NCBI GenBank assembly: GCA_045106895.1
Contig: JBGCFM010000007.1
Span: 1-13,009 of the forward strand
DNA: 13,009 bases
Source of the DNA: Polyangiales bacterium
GTDB taxonomy: Bacteria; Myxococcota_A; Polyangia; Polyangiales; Houyiibacteriaceae
Direction: 5' to 3'
Below the pieces are notes generated by a model. The model was not told the origin of the DNA, searched no databases, and saw only the letters and a program-made list of their open reading frames with translations. The stretch's first letter is position 1. Every line of letters begins with the position of its first letter. Shown here piece after piece: positions 1 to 6,808 of this stretch. Both the position numbers and the translations under genes were made by a program.

Positions 1-330
1 GCGACGATAACGCGTTCATCGAATCACTCTTCCGCCACCTCAAGTACGTGCCACGCTTTCCATCCCGCGGCTTCGCAAATCTCTCCGCTGCGCGAGCCTG
101 GGTTAAGGACTTCGTACATTGGTACAATCAACGTCATCTGCGCAGCGCCATCGGCTACGTCACACCCGATGATCGTCATCACGGACGAGACCTCGCAATC
201 CTCGCAGCTCGGAAGCAGCTCTACGCGGCCGAGCAGCAAAAGAACCCCCGACGATGGTCCGGCAGTGTTCGCAAATGGCATCGCCCCGGCATCGTCACAC
301 TCAACCCTGAACGCGCCGTGACCATCCAAC
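1..330 (+). mobile_element. 3' end of an IS3-family transposase (integrase core C-terminus); 5' part outside the window, right end apparently lost
   Basis: Frame +3 is open from nt 3 and reads DDNAFIESLFRHLKYVPRFP...ARAWVKDFVHWYNQRHLRSAIGYVTPDDRHHGRDLAILAARKQLY...NPRRWSG...VTLNPE. This matches IS3 OrfB motifs (DNxxxESxFxxLK with the DDE Glu; WYNxxHxHSxIxxVTP). No stop or terminal IR is recognisable after LNPE, and the frame runs on to 566. Confidence 0.9.
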
Positions 331-331
331 C

Positions 332-523
332 AATGACCGCTTCGAAGGTCGCTCCGGCGGTCACTTTGCCGCATGGAGCGGACAGAGCGTGGGGAGACTC
401 GTCGACGACCACTGGCAGGTCTTTGAGATGCCTGCCGACGTCGAGGGTCTCGTGGCGACCCCGACAAAACCCATTCTCGTCCACGGATGCCAACACGTGT
501 GGCTCGTTACCCTGCAAGACTAG
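332..523 (+). pseudogene. Orphan 3' fragment of an unknown gene (frame +2)
   Basis: Frame +2 reads NDRFEGRSGGHFAAWSGQSVGRLVDDHWQVFEMPADVEGLVATPTKPILVHGCQHVWLVTLQD-TAG(521-523). By hand count 45 of 63 codons end in G/C. An upstream in-frame TGA lies at 308-310 and there is no start codon at the 5' end of the fragment. Confidence 0.5.
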
Positions 524-591
524 AGCCTGCTCGGTAGAGACTTTTGGTCCACTTACGAATCCATGATCTTCACAGGCGCAGCTCAACCGAC

Positions 592-1914
592 TCAGTTCTG
601 CGCCCGTTGGTGTCGTGCTTGAGCTACGCGGTATGAAAGAAGAAATGATGACAAGGGTCGCGTGTTTCCTCGAACCCAACCTTCATGGTCGATTTCATGA
701 ACAGCTGGATCTTCTGATGCGTCGCCAGCGACGAGGCATTCGGAGAACTGCTTCTTTTCGTTATACAGAATCTGGTCATAGGGGCCTCCTTCGACGGTGT
801 CGTAGAGCCCGGGTTCGCGGGAAAGGCCTGGTGGCAAACAAATTTCACCGGAAGGCACAACGGAGCCGCCACATGCATAGAGCTCCAAAATCAGCTTGGC
901 GCTGTACCGGCATTCTGCCCTTACGTCCGCTGGTAGATCCTTAAGGAGCACCTCTCGGATTTCTTCCGGCGAACGGGCCAACCATTTTGCCGGTGTTTCG
1001 TCCGTGGTCTCCACAGGAGTTGGCGCAGCACGAAGGTGCTTAAACATGGAGGTCAAGTCCTCGCTCGCGTCTGAGCGAGGAAAAAGCCGAAACATGAAGC
1101 CACCGGAGCTCAACGCCCAGAAACTCTGGGAGGCCTGTGCAAAGCCCCAGCAAATGAGAGGCTTGTTGCTGTAGTCGAGAACGTGACTGATACCAACGCT
1201 CACTGGCTTCCCTTGATCGAGTAGTGATGCGTTCGTCACCCATTCGGCGAAATAACGCTCGATGTAGGTGGGAACGATCGCTTTGGTCTTTGCCGGCTTG
1301 TCGGTTCTATAGCTTACGTAGTCGACTTTCTCTTTTGTCTTCAGTGGTACGAGGGGCAAAGGGGCGATCGCAGCCATTTGTTCCGTAAAGTCCGCGGCGA
1401 AGGGAGAGAAGATTCGCCGATCGTCGACCTCCAACTCCAAGTCCCCCCCCAGTACGAGCGCGAGGATCTTCGCCCGAACTTTGTGAGTCTTGTTGAAGGG
1501 CCGCCACGCACTTGGATGGGGCGCGCGAAAGTCAAATCTCTCCCGGGCCGCCTTCACGACGGGGAGCATCACCTCCGCGATCACCGTGGATTTGCGCTTG
1601 AGCACGCGGGTGAGCTCTTTCGCGTCCTCGTCGCTCTGTCGATACCCCCACTGGAGGCCCGGCTCCAGGGTCCCGATGAGCCGATTGTCCCAGTCTCCGT
1701 AGGTTCCTTGACGGTAAGCCGACAGGATCTCTGTGGGGGCGACACTCGACACTCGTGCTTGGAGAATGCTCGTGATTTCTCGATTCCACATCCCAATGAG
1801 GGAGGAAGGAAAGAGGTCCCCCAACTCCCTCAGGTTCACAGTTTCAGCCAGATTGAGCCAGTCTTCTCTGGTCATGGCTTGGCGCTCTTCACGTGTCATT
1901 TCGTTCAAGTTCAT
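592..1914 (-). CDS. Hypothetical protein (440 aa), possible C-terminal SMI1/KNR4 (SUKH)-like domain
   Basis: Long ORF. The ATG at 1914 is preceded by AGAAGGAG on the minus strand, a better start than 1944. The C-terminal segments SPEEIREVLLKDLPADVR and EDPAVHEIDHEG...RPLSSFL resemble SUKH motifs by eye only. Confidence 0.85.
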   Translation of the reverse strand: MNLNEMTREERQAMTREDWLNLAETVNLRELGDLFPSSLIGMWNREITSILQARVSSVAPTEILSAYRQGTYGDWDNRLIGTLEPGLQWGYRQSDEDAKELTRVLKRKSTVIAEVMLPVVKAARERFDFRAPHPSAWRPFNKTHKVRAKILALVLGGDLELEVDDRRIFSPFAADFTEQMAAIAPLPLVPLKTKEKVDYVSYRTDKPAKTKAIVPTYIERYFAEWVTNASLLDQGKPVSVGISHVLDYSNKPLICWGFAQASQSFWALSSGGFMFRLFPRSDASEDLTSMFKHLRAAPTPVETTDETPAKWLARSPEEIREVLLKDLPADVRAECRYSAKLILELYACGGSVVPSGEICLPPGLSREPGLYDTVEGGPYDQILYNEKKQFSECLVAGDASEDPAVHEIDHEGWVRGNTRPLSSFLLSYRVAQARHQRAQN

Positions 1915-1928
1915 TGATCGCTCCTTCT

Positions 1929-1957
1929 GGCATACGAGTATCAAATACTGCTATGCC
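1929..1957. promoter_or_regulatory. 29-bp imperfect palindrome next to the RBS of 592..1914
   Basis: GGCATA-CG-AGTAT-CAA-ATACT-GC-TATGCC: 11 of 13 arm positions are complementary. Confidence 0.45.
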
Positions 1958-2129
1958 GGTGCGTTAAAACTGGCGTGGAAGCGTTAACCGGCGTCACTCA
2001 ATGCTCCCTGGAGTGCGACGATCCACCCGGAGGTCCATCCGGAATCGCCTCCCGAGAAGTCGATCCCGAGTGCTTCCGTCAATCACCCCGGTCGGGGTCC
2101 CTGCGCTGGGTCGCTTTGTCCTCGTGACT

Positions 2130-2261
2130 TGGGTACACGCCCGGGGCTCTCCGGAGACCAGTTTTGATCAGTCACGCGGCCGCTTCTGAGGCCTCGGTAT
2201 GTTTGTATTGCAGCTTTTCGAGTTCGGCCGGTGGAATGTTCTACTCATCGAGTAGGCAGCA
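2130..2261 (-). mobile_element. Degenerate IS3-family (IS51-like) remnant: transposase C-terminus plus right inverted repeat
   Basis: The minus strand reads CCLLDE*NIPPAELEKLQYKHTEASEAAA* (stop 2172-2174), a decayed RRLLEPIGNIPPAE...AA* tail. It is followed by GGTCTCCGGAGAGCCCCGGGCGTGTACCCA, similar to IS51-group IRR ends (..CTCCGGnAAACCCGGGGCGGTTCA). Confidence 0.75.
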
Positions 2262-2538
2262 TGACCGGGCTAACTTAGCGATCCTACCGTGCGTATAGAT
2301 CGCTCGGCCATTGTTCAGCACAGAGCGACACCGTCGACGCTGCGATTACCGCGCGCGAGTCGACTCGTTGAGTGGAGGTCAAACGAGCCGACGGGTTCGT
2401 GTCTCTCCGAAGCTCTCCGCAAGCCAGACGCGTCGAATCATAACCACGAGTTATCGACTTGGTCACAATACGTAACTGGCAAACATTCGCCCTCAAGAAC
2501 AGAGTGAGCTTCAACCCACAGCCTAAAAGGGAACGCTC

Positions 2539-3016
2539 ATGTCCTTACAAACATCTTCACAACTGGCGGTTCGCGGAATTGCTCTGCTCTCAGTCGTCGC
2601 TTGCGTGCTCTCGGCAAGTCGCGCCTCCGCCCAGTCGAGCCCTACGCTTCACCCTCACTCGTACTCCCTCGGCTCGTCGACGCTTCGCCTCACGGAAGTC
2701 GTTGAGTTGCAGGTGCGTTCGCTCCCCGAGGAGCAGTCTCTACTGCCGCGGCTACGCAGCCCCTCTCGTGTTCATGGGCGCTGGGTTTGTGGCAGCGACG
2801 GTGGGTGGGTCGTTGTACTCCATGAGCGACAACCGATTTTGTATCTTCGGACCCTGCACATCGCCGCCAACGCCCAAGGACGGAATCTATTTGATTCCAA
2901 CGGTGCTCGGCACTGCGCTCCTTGCAGCTGGAATGACTTGGCTCGTCGCGCGGGTGGTGAAATATCGACAGGCTCGATCCGTGCTGCGAAACGAATACCG
3001 AGCTTGGTACCCCTAG
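2539..3016 (+). pseudogene. Frameshifted gene for an exported protein with two TM helices (about 158 aa if repaired)
   Basis: Frame +1 from ATG 2539 (AAAAGGGA upstream) gives the signal peptide MSLQ...VLSASRASA|QSS. Frame +2 after about 2761 gives two TM segments (LVFMGAGFVAATVGGSLY; IYLIPTVLGTALLAAGMTWLVA) and ends at TAG 3014-3016. Removing one C from CCCC at 2760-2763 joins them as ..PRLRSPLVFMGAG.. Confidence 0.7.
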
Positions 3017-3019
3017 CAA

Positions 3020-3055
3020 GAACCGGAACCGGAACCGGAACCTGAGCCCGAACAG
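3020..3055 (+). repeat. Hexamer tandem repeat GAACCG
   Basis: GAACCG x3 followed by the variants GAACCT, GAGCCC and GAACAG, between convergent genes. Confidence 0.85.
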
Positions 3056-3123
3056 AATCCGGGCGTTCTACTCAGACAGGCCGCATGCGCCCCAGCCTTA
3101 GACGGAAGCGTCGGGGCCCAGCG

Positions 3124-3543
3124 CTACTGCCCTACGACTTCGCCGCTCTCGGCTTCGGGAGCACTCGCCTCTCCGTTCGCCATCACAGCGAGATCAGTCT
3201 GGAGTTCACAGTCGCCGCTGTGTCCCGCTTCTTGTCGAGCGTCACCGAGCACGACCGCCTTATCGGCAGCCGGAACCGTTGCGATCGCCTGAAACAGATC
3301 TCTGCCATCGTCCGACTGCAGGTTCGAGGAGATATGGTCAGTCAGCGCTTGCATTCGGTCCGCTGGGTTCACATCCCGAACATCAGGGTGGGAGAGCGCC
3401 GAGCACATCATGTCCAGGTCGGTCACGAATACGTCTTGGGATGACCCAGCGACGGGAGTTTCAACGGCGGGCTCCGGTGTTGGCGTCGATGAGCCCCCAC
3501 ACGCGCAACAGATCACGACGAGACTCAGGATTGAATTTTTCAT
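3124..3543 (-). CDS. Putative lipoprotein (139 aa), unknown function
   Basis: MKNSILSLVVICCA|CGG signal with a lipobox-like motif, a Pro/Thr tether and a helical domain with two Cys. GAGGG lies upstream of the ATG. Confidence 0.85.
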   Translation of the reverse strand: MKNSILSLVVICCACGGSSTPTPEPAVETPVAGSSQDVFVTDLDMMCSALSHPDVRDVNPADRMQALTDHISSNLQSDDGRDLFQAIATVPAADKAVVLGDARQEAGHSGDCELQTDLAVMANGEASAPEAESGEVVGQ

Positions 3544-3723
3544 GCCGTCCCTCTACCACAAGCGCCCGCAAAAGGAACCTCGGTGGACAGCACCCTGCAC
3601 CCACTCACCCGCGACTGACACGCCGACGCAAGTTGATCGCTCACGCGCGTCGAGAGAGCCAACTCCAGATGTCTATGGCCCGAGGTGCTCGGCCGACTGC
3701 TCGACCTCCAGACCCTTGAGTGA

Positions 3724-4839
3724 CTAAAGATACCCGCCGCACCAGAGCTCGCCTGACTCGTCGAGAGCGCACGTGTGGCGACCGCCGAGCGAGAGCGCGA
3801 CGAAGCGCTTCCCAGGCGAGTCCAGGTACGCAGGAAGAGAATCAGTCCCGTCTTCGACGCCGCGGGCGACGTGGCTGCCCCAGCAGACGGCTCGGCCATC
3901 ACGCGTCAACGCGCAGGAGTGGTACTCGCCAGCGTGCACCGACGTGGCACCTGCGATGCCGACGGCTTCCACGGGCGAAGTCCTGACGCTCTCCGCGGAG
4001 CCATCACCTAGCTGTCCCTGCACATTGTATCCCCAACAAGAAACGGAGCCACTTGCGTGGAGGACGCAGGAGTGGTGGGTCCCAAGGGCGAGCTGCCGAG
4101 CGTCCGTGATTCCTTCGACCGGTACAGGCGTGCGGCGCGGATTTCGCGCGCCATCGCCGAGCTGCCCCACCGAACCGCCGCCCCAACAGCGCACCTGACC
4201 GCTCTCCATCACCGCGCAAGCGTGCGATGAATCGTTCCGGCATCCGCCCCAGCAACACGTGAGCATCATCCATTCGGAGCTCACTGCGAGGGAGAGTGGA
4301 CGTTCAACAAAGCTCACGCGCGCCGCGTCCGGCCGGCTCCACGAAATGCCCCAGCAAGTTACCTCTCGTTCCCCAGACAGCGCACAAGGGGCGCTGCCCG
4401 TCGCCGGTCCGATGGGTCGTCCATTCACCATCGTCTCCGGTTCGAACGGGGTCGGACCTTCGGGCCACGCGATCTCCAAGACCGGCCCCACGGCCCGTGT
4501 TGCCACCGGCTCCGCAAGGTCGGCTTGTGTTGGCCAAGCCGAATCTGGCCCGCGAGAGACCGTTTGCTCGTAGCGAACGTGGACGCCGGCCATCTGCGCT
4601 GACGAAGCTTGGCTTGTCCAGCACACCACGGAACCATCGCGGCGCTCTGCACATGGGTTTGCAAGCGACGTTACGCGGGTGACCCCCGTTGCGACGCGCG
4701 TTGGCCATGGCAGCCACGCCTCATCGGAACTCTGGGAGGCGATGTGCCGGGTTGCCTGAGTGAGCGCTCGCGGGGCACACGCCACAAGCGTCAGGTACAC
4801 CAAGAGGGGCAGGGGTTTCAGCAAAACGTCGAGACGCAT
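3724..4839 (-). CDS. RCC1/BLIP-II repeat lipoprotein (371 aa)
   Basis: Lipobox LVA|C. Repeated HxCAxxxxGxVxCWGxNxxGQLGDG motifs (HACAVMESGQVRCWGGGSVGQLGDG; HSCVLHASGSVSCWGYNVQGQLGDG; HSCALTRDGRAVCWG; HTCALDESGELWCGG). Confidence 0.92.
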   Translation of the reverse strand: MRLDVLLKPLPLLVYLTLVACAPRALTQATRHIASQSSDEAWLPWPTRVATGVTRVTSLANPCAERRDGSVVCWTSQASSAQMAGVHVRYEQTVSRGPDSAWPTQADLAEPVATRAVGPVLEIAWPEGPTPFEPETMVNGRPIGPATGSAPCALSGEREVTCWGISWSRPDAARVSFVERPLSLAVSSEWMMLTCCWGGCRNDSSHACAVMESGQVRCWGGGSVGQLGDGARNPRRTPVPVEGITDARQLALGTHHSCVLHASGSVSCWGYNVQGQLGDGSAESVRTSPVEAVGIAGATSVHAGEYHSCALTRDGRAVCWGSHVARGVEDGTDSLPAYLDSPGKRFVALSLGGRHTCALDESGELWCGGYL

Positions 4840-4843
4840 CGTA

Positions 4844-4872
4844 TCGCAATGATGGCATGGGTTCGATTGCGA
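4844..4872. promoter_or_regulatory. Inverted repeat TCGCAAT-N15-ATTGCGA in a 48-bp divergent intergenic gap
   Basis: Perfect 7-bp arms at 4844-4850 and 4866-4872, between the starts at 4839 (-) and 4888 (+). Confidence 0.35.
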
Positions 4873-4887
4873 ATGTACGCTCCAACT

Positions 4888-5127
4888 ATGGACCGCGTCG
4901 TCAAGGGTCTCCCGCTCATCTTTGTGCTCACGTCCCTCGGAGCGATGAGCTTCGTCGCCGCTCCTTATCTCAACCTCTTCAGCTCAAACCACAGCACCCG
5001 CTCCTACGCGAGAGACGAAGTGGAAGACGACTCCAGCGACAACGCGACGACCCGTGGACTCATGGGCGGCGGCCTTGGAATCATCCTCGGCCTCTACGTC
5101 GCGTTCAAGAAAGACGACGAAGACTAG
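4888..5127 (+). CDS. Small membrane protein (79 aa, two hydrophobic segments)
   Basis: MDRVVKGLPLIFVLTSLGAMSFVAAPYL...GLMGGGLGIILGLYVAFKKDDED with mostly G/C-ending codons. The start at 4888 is preferred (alternative 4873). The track's 4609 start overlaps the RCC1 gene. Confidence 0.8.
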   Translation: MDRVVKGLPLIFVLTSLGAMSFVAAPYLNLFSSNHSTRSYARDEVEDDSSDNATTRGLMGGGLGIILGLYVAFKKDDED

Positions 5128-5152
5128 CTATGACAAGTGAAGGAGCATCGAA

Positions 5153-5983
5153 ATGCCTGTAACAAAAATGGCCCCCCTAGGAGACGAGACGCTTTTGTCC
5201 CTCGTGGCGAAGGACGAAGTTGAAGCCGTCCGGGCTCTCCTCACCACTGGGCAAGATGCCTGCGGCCTTAGCGCCGAGGGGTCACGTCCCGCGCACGAGA
5301 TCCGAAGCGTGGCCATGCTTGAGCTGCTCGTGGAACACGGGGCAAAGCTCGACGGGGCTGAAGCCTTCGATCGAATCAAACGCTTGCCGCTGCCGATGGC
5401 CATCGCCCATGGCGCAAGCACAGAACTGGTCAGAGCCTTCGTCCACGCCGGTGCCCACGTGGAGCCGAAGCAATGCCAAGCCAGCCCTCTCACCGTCGCC
5501 GCAACGGTAGGCCGAATCGATATCCTCGAGCTCCTCGCGAGCCTCGGCGCACGAGTTTTGCGAGCGGGAGACACGACCCTGCACAGAGCCGCGGGTCGAA
5601 ACCAGGTCGAGGTCGTGACGTGGTTGCTCCAGAACGGAGCGCCGCCAAATGCGCCGGACCGAACCTACCAAAGCGAGTCGCGGCCACTTCATGAGGCGGC
5701 GTCGCGCGGCGCCGCGGATGCGATTGTTGTCCTCCTGGAGCATGGGGCAGACCCTCGCGCCCGTGAAACTGGCGGCGGTGACACAGATGGCTTCGCGCCT
5801 CTTCATTCCGCCGCCATGATGGAGCACGAAGCCGCGTTTCGCCTGCTCTGGCATGCCGCGCCGGACGTCGCAGATTCACCGGTAGGCAGTGAACAGAGCG
5901 AGTACCTGGAAGACATGGTGGATGGAACTCCCCTCTCAGCCGTGCTTCGAGAACTCAAAGCCCAGACAAGAGCGCAGGGCTAA
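5153..5983 (+). CDS. Ankyrin-repeat protein (276 aa)
   Basis: About 6 ankyrin repeats (SPLTVAATVGRIDILELLASLGA; TTLHRAAGRNQVEVVTWLLQNGA; RPLHEAASRGAADAIVVLLEHGAD; APLHSAA). RBS GAAGGAG. Confidence 0.93.
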   Translation: MPVTKMAPLGDETLLSLVAKDEVEAVRALLTTGQDACGLSAEGSRPAHEIRSVAMLELLVEHGAKLDGAEAFDRIKRLPLPMAIAHGASTELVRAFVHAGAHVEPKQCQASPLTVAATVGRIDILELLASLGARVLRAGDTTLHRAAGRNQVEVVTWLLQNGAPPNAPDRTYQSESRPLHEAASRGAADAIVVLLEHGADPRARETGGGDTDGFAPLHSAAMMEHEAAFRLLWHAAPDVADSPVGSEQSEYLEDMVDGTPLSAVLRELKAQTRAQG

Positions 5984-5990
5984 AAGCCAA

Positions 5991-6019
5991 CGACGGGCCC
6001 GAACACATCGGGACCGTCG
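5991..6019. terminator. Stem-loop between the convergent ankyrin and OmpA-like genes
   Basis: CGACGGGCCCGA-ACACA-TCGGGACCGTCG: 12-bp stem with one mismatch and only a weak U tract on the minus strand. Confidence 0.55.
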
Positions 6020-6050
6020 CTCGCAAGAACGCTATTTCGTGGGGTTTCGA

Positions 6051-6497
6051 CTACTGCGTCTGAATGTGAATCTCGACGCGGCGGTTGCGCTGATGACAGG
6101 CATCCGTGTCGTCGCTGCAGAGCGGTCGGTCTTCGCCAATGCCGGCTGCGACGAGGGGCGTCGTGACGTTTCGCGAACGCAACGCTTCAACGACGGACGC
6201 GGCGCGACGTTGGCTCAAGTCGTGGTTGTGGTCCGACGCACCTGTTGCGTCCGTGTGACCTTCGATGGTCGCCGAGGCGACTTCGTTGTGCTCCACCATC
6301 GTCTCGGCGATCTTGTCGATGAGCGGAAAGCTCTCCGGGAGAATCTCGTCGCTGTCCGTCGCGAAGAGGATAGGCTCGTCAAAGACGATCTGGTCCCCCT
6401 CGACGACCACGCGAATCACACCGTCACGGCCGATCATGATTTGGCGCCCGCAAGCGACGGCGGAGAGACAGAGGGCGAGGACAATAAGGAGACGCAT
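6051..6497 (-). CDS. OmpA-family (OmpA C-like, peptidoglycan-binding) probable lipoprotein (148 aa)
   Basis: ILFATDSDEI, IEGHTDATG...NHDLSQRRAASV, GIGEDRP and RNRRVE motifs. The N-terminal signal ends in AVA|C. Confidence 0.95.
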   Translation of the reverse strand: MRLLIVLALCLSAVACGRQIMIGRDGVIRVVVEGDQIVFDEPILFATDSDEILPESFPLIDKIAETMVEHNEVASATIEGHTDATGASDHNHDLSQRRAASVVEALRSRNVTTPLVAAGIGEDRPLCSDDTDACHQRNRRVEIHIQTQ

Positions 6498-6565
6498 ATT
6501 AAGACTTTCTATGGTTTCTGAGGTCTAAGGCATCGACGCAAAAGTCGACGGAACCTTCATACACT

Positions 6566-6637
6566 CCTTTGCCGCCCAGGGTGAGCGGCGCCCGCCAAAC
6601 GGATCTTCCCTCGGCCCTTCAGGTCCCTTTGCCGCCC
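6566..6637. repeat. 12-bp direct repeat CCTTTGCCGCCC, period 60 bp, in the ompA-like/msr divergent region
   Basis: Exact copies at 6566-6577 and 6626-6637, each preceded by CCTTCA (6554-6559, 6616-6621). Confidence 0.75.
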
Positions 6638-6808
6638 GCGAAGCGCCACGTATGCGGACGCGGTGACGATGTTACGTCGGTCCCGAAGTCCGGTGCGCGA
6701 GCGCACGCACGAACGCCCGAGAGACTTGTTCAACGGTGGCTCCGACTTAGATTCGTCAGACGTTTTTCGCGCTCACCGGCTCGACCCAGAGAACAGAAAG
6801 AGAACGTC

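Noticed and set aside
1955..1992. Integron attC-like site (GTTAA motifs with GCCGGT/ACCGGC arms)
   Set aside because: It has no properly arranged RYYYAAC...GTTRRRY ends, it is too short, and there are no similar sites or integrase in the window.
1..2261. Composite transposon carrying the 440-aa gene
   Set aside because: The two IS3 ends have different transposase tails, both are damaged, and no target duplication is visible.
2277..2460. Small dyads (AGCGATC..GATCGCT, CGAGTCGACTCG, ATAAC..GTTAT)
   Set aside because: They are short and unrelated to one another, as expected by chance in CG-rich DNA. There is no CRISPR-like periodicity and no tRNA or ncRNA signature.
3014..3130. TAG read-through into the EP repeat
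   Set aside because: The frame continues far into the antisense of the 3124-3543 gene with no nearby stop, and nothing suggests recoding.
3570..3720. Cobalamin-riboswitch-like words (AAGGAA..GGTG, CCCGCGACTG, CCAGACC) on the + strand
   Set aside because: The T-loop stem and GGGAAG elements are missing, and there is no downstream + strand gene; both neighbours are on the minus strand.
6569..6808. 80-aa N-terminal extension of MsrA in the ORF track
   Set aside because: It is Arg/Pro-rich, looks non-coding, starts at a TTG without an RBS and overlaps the putative divergent promoter.
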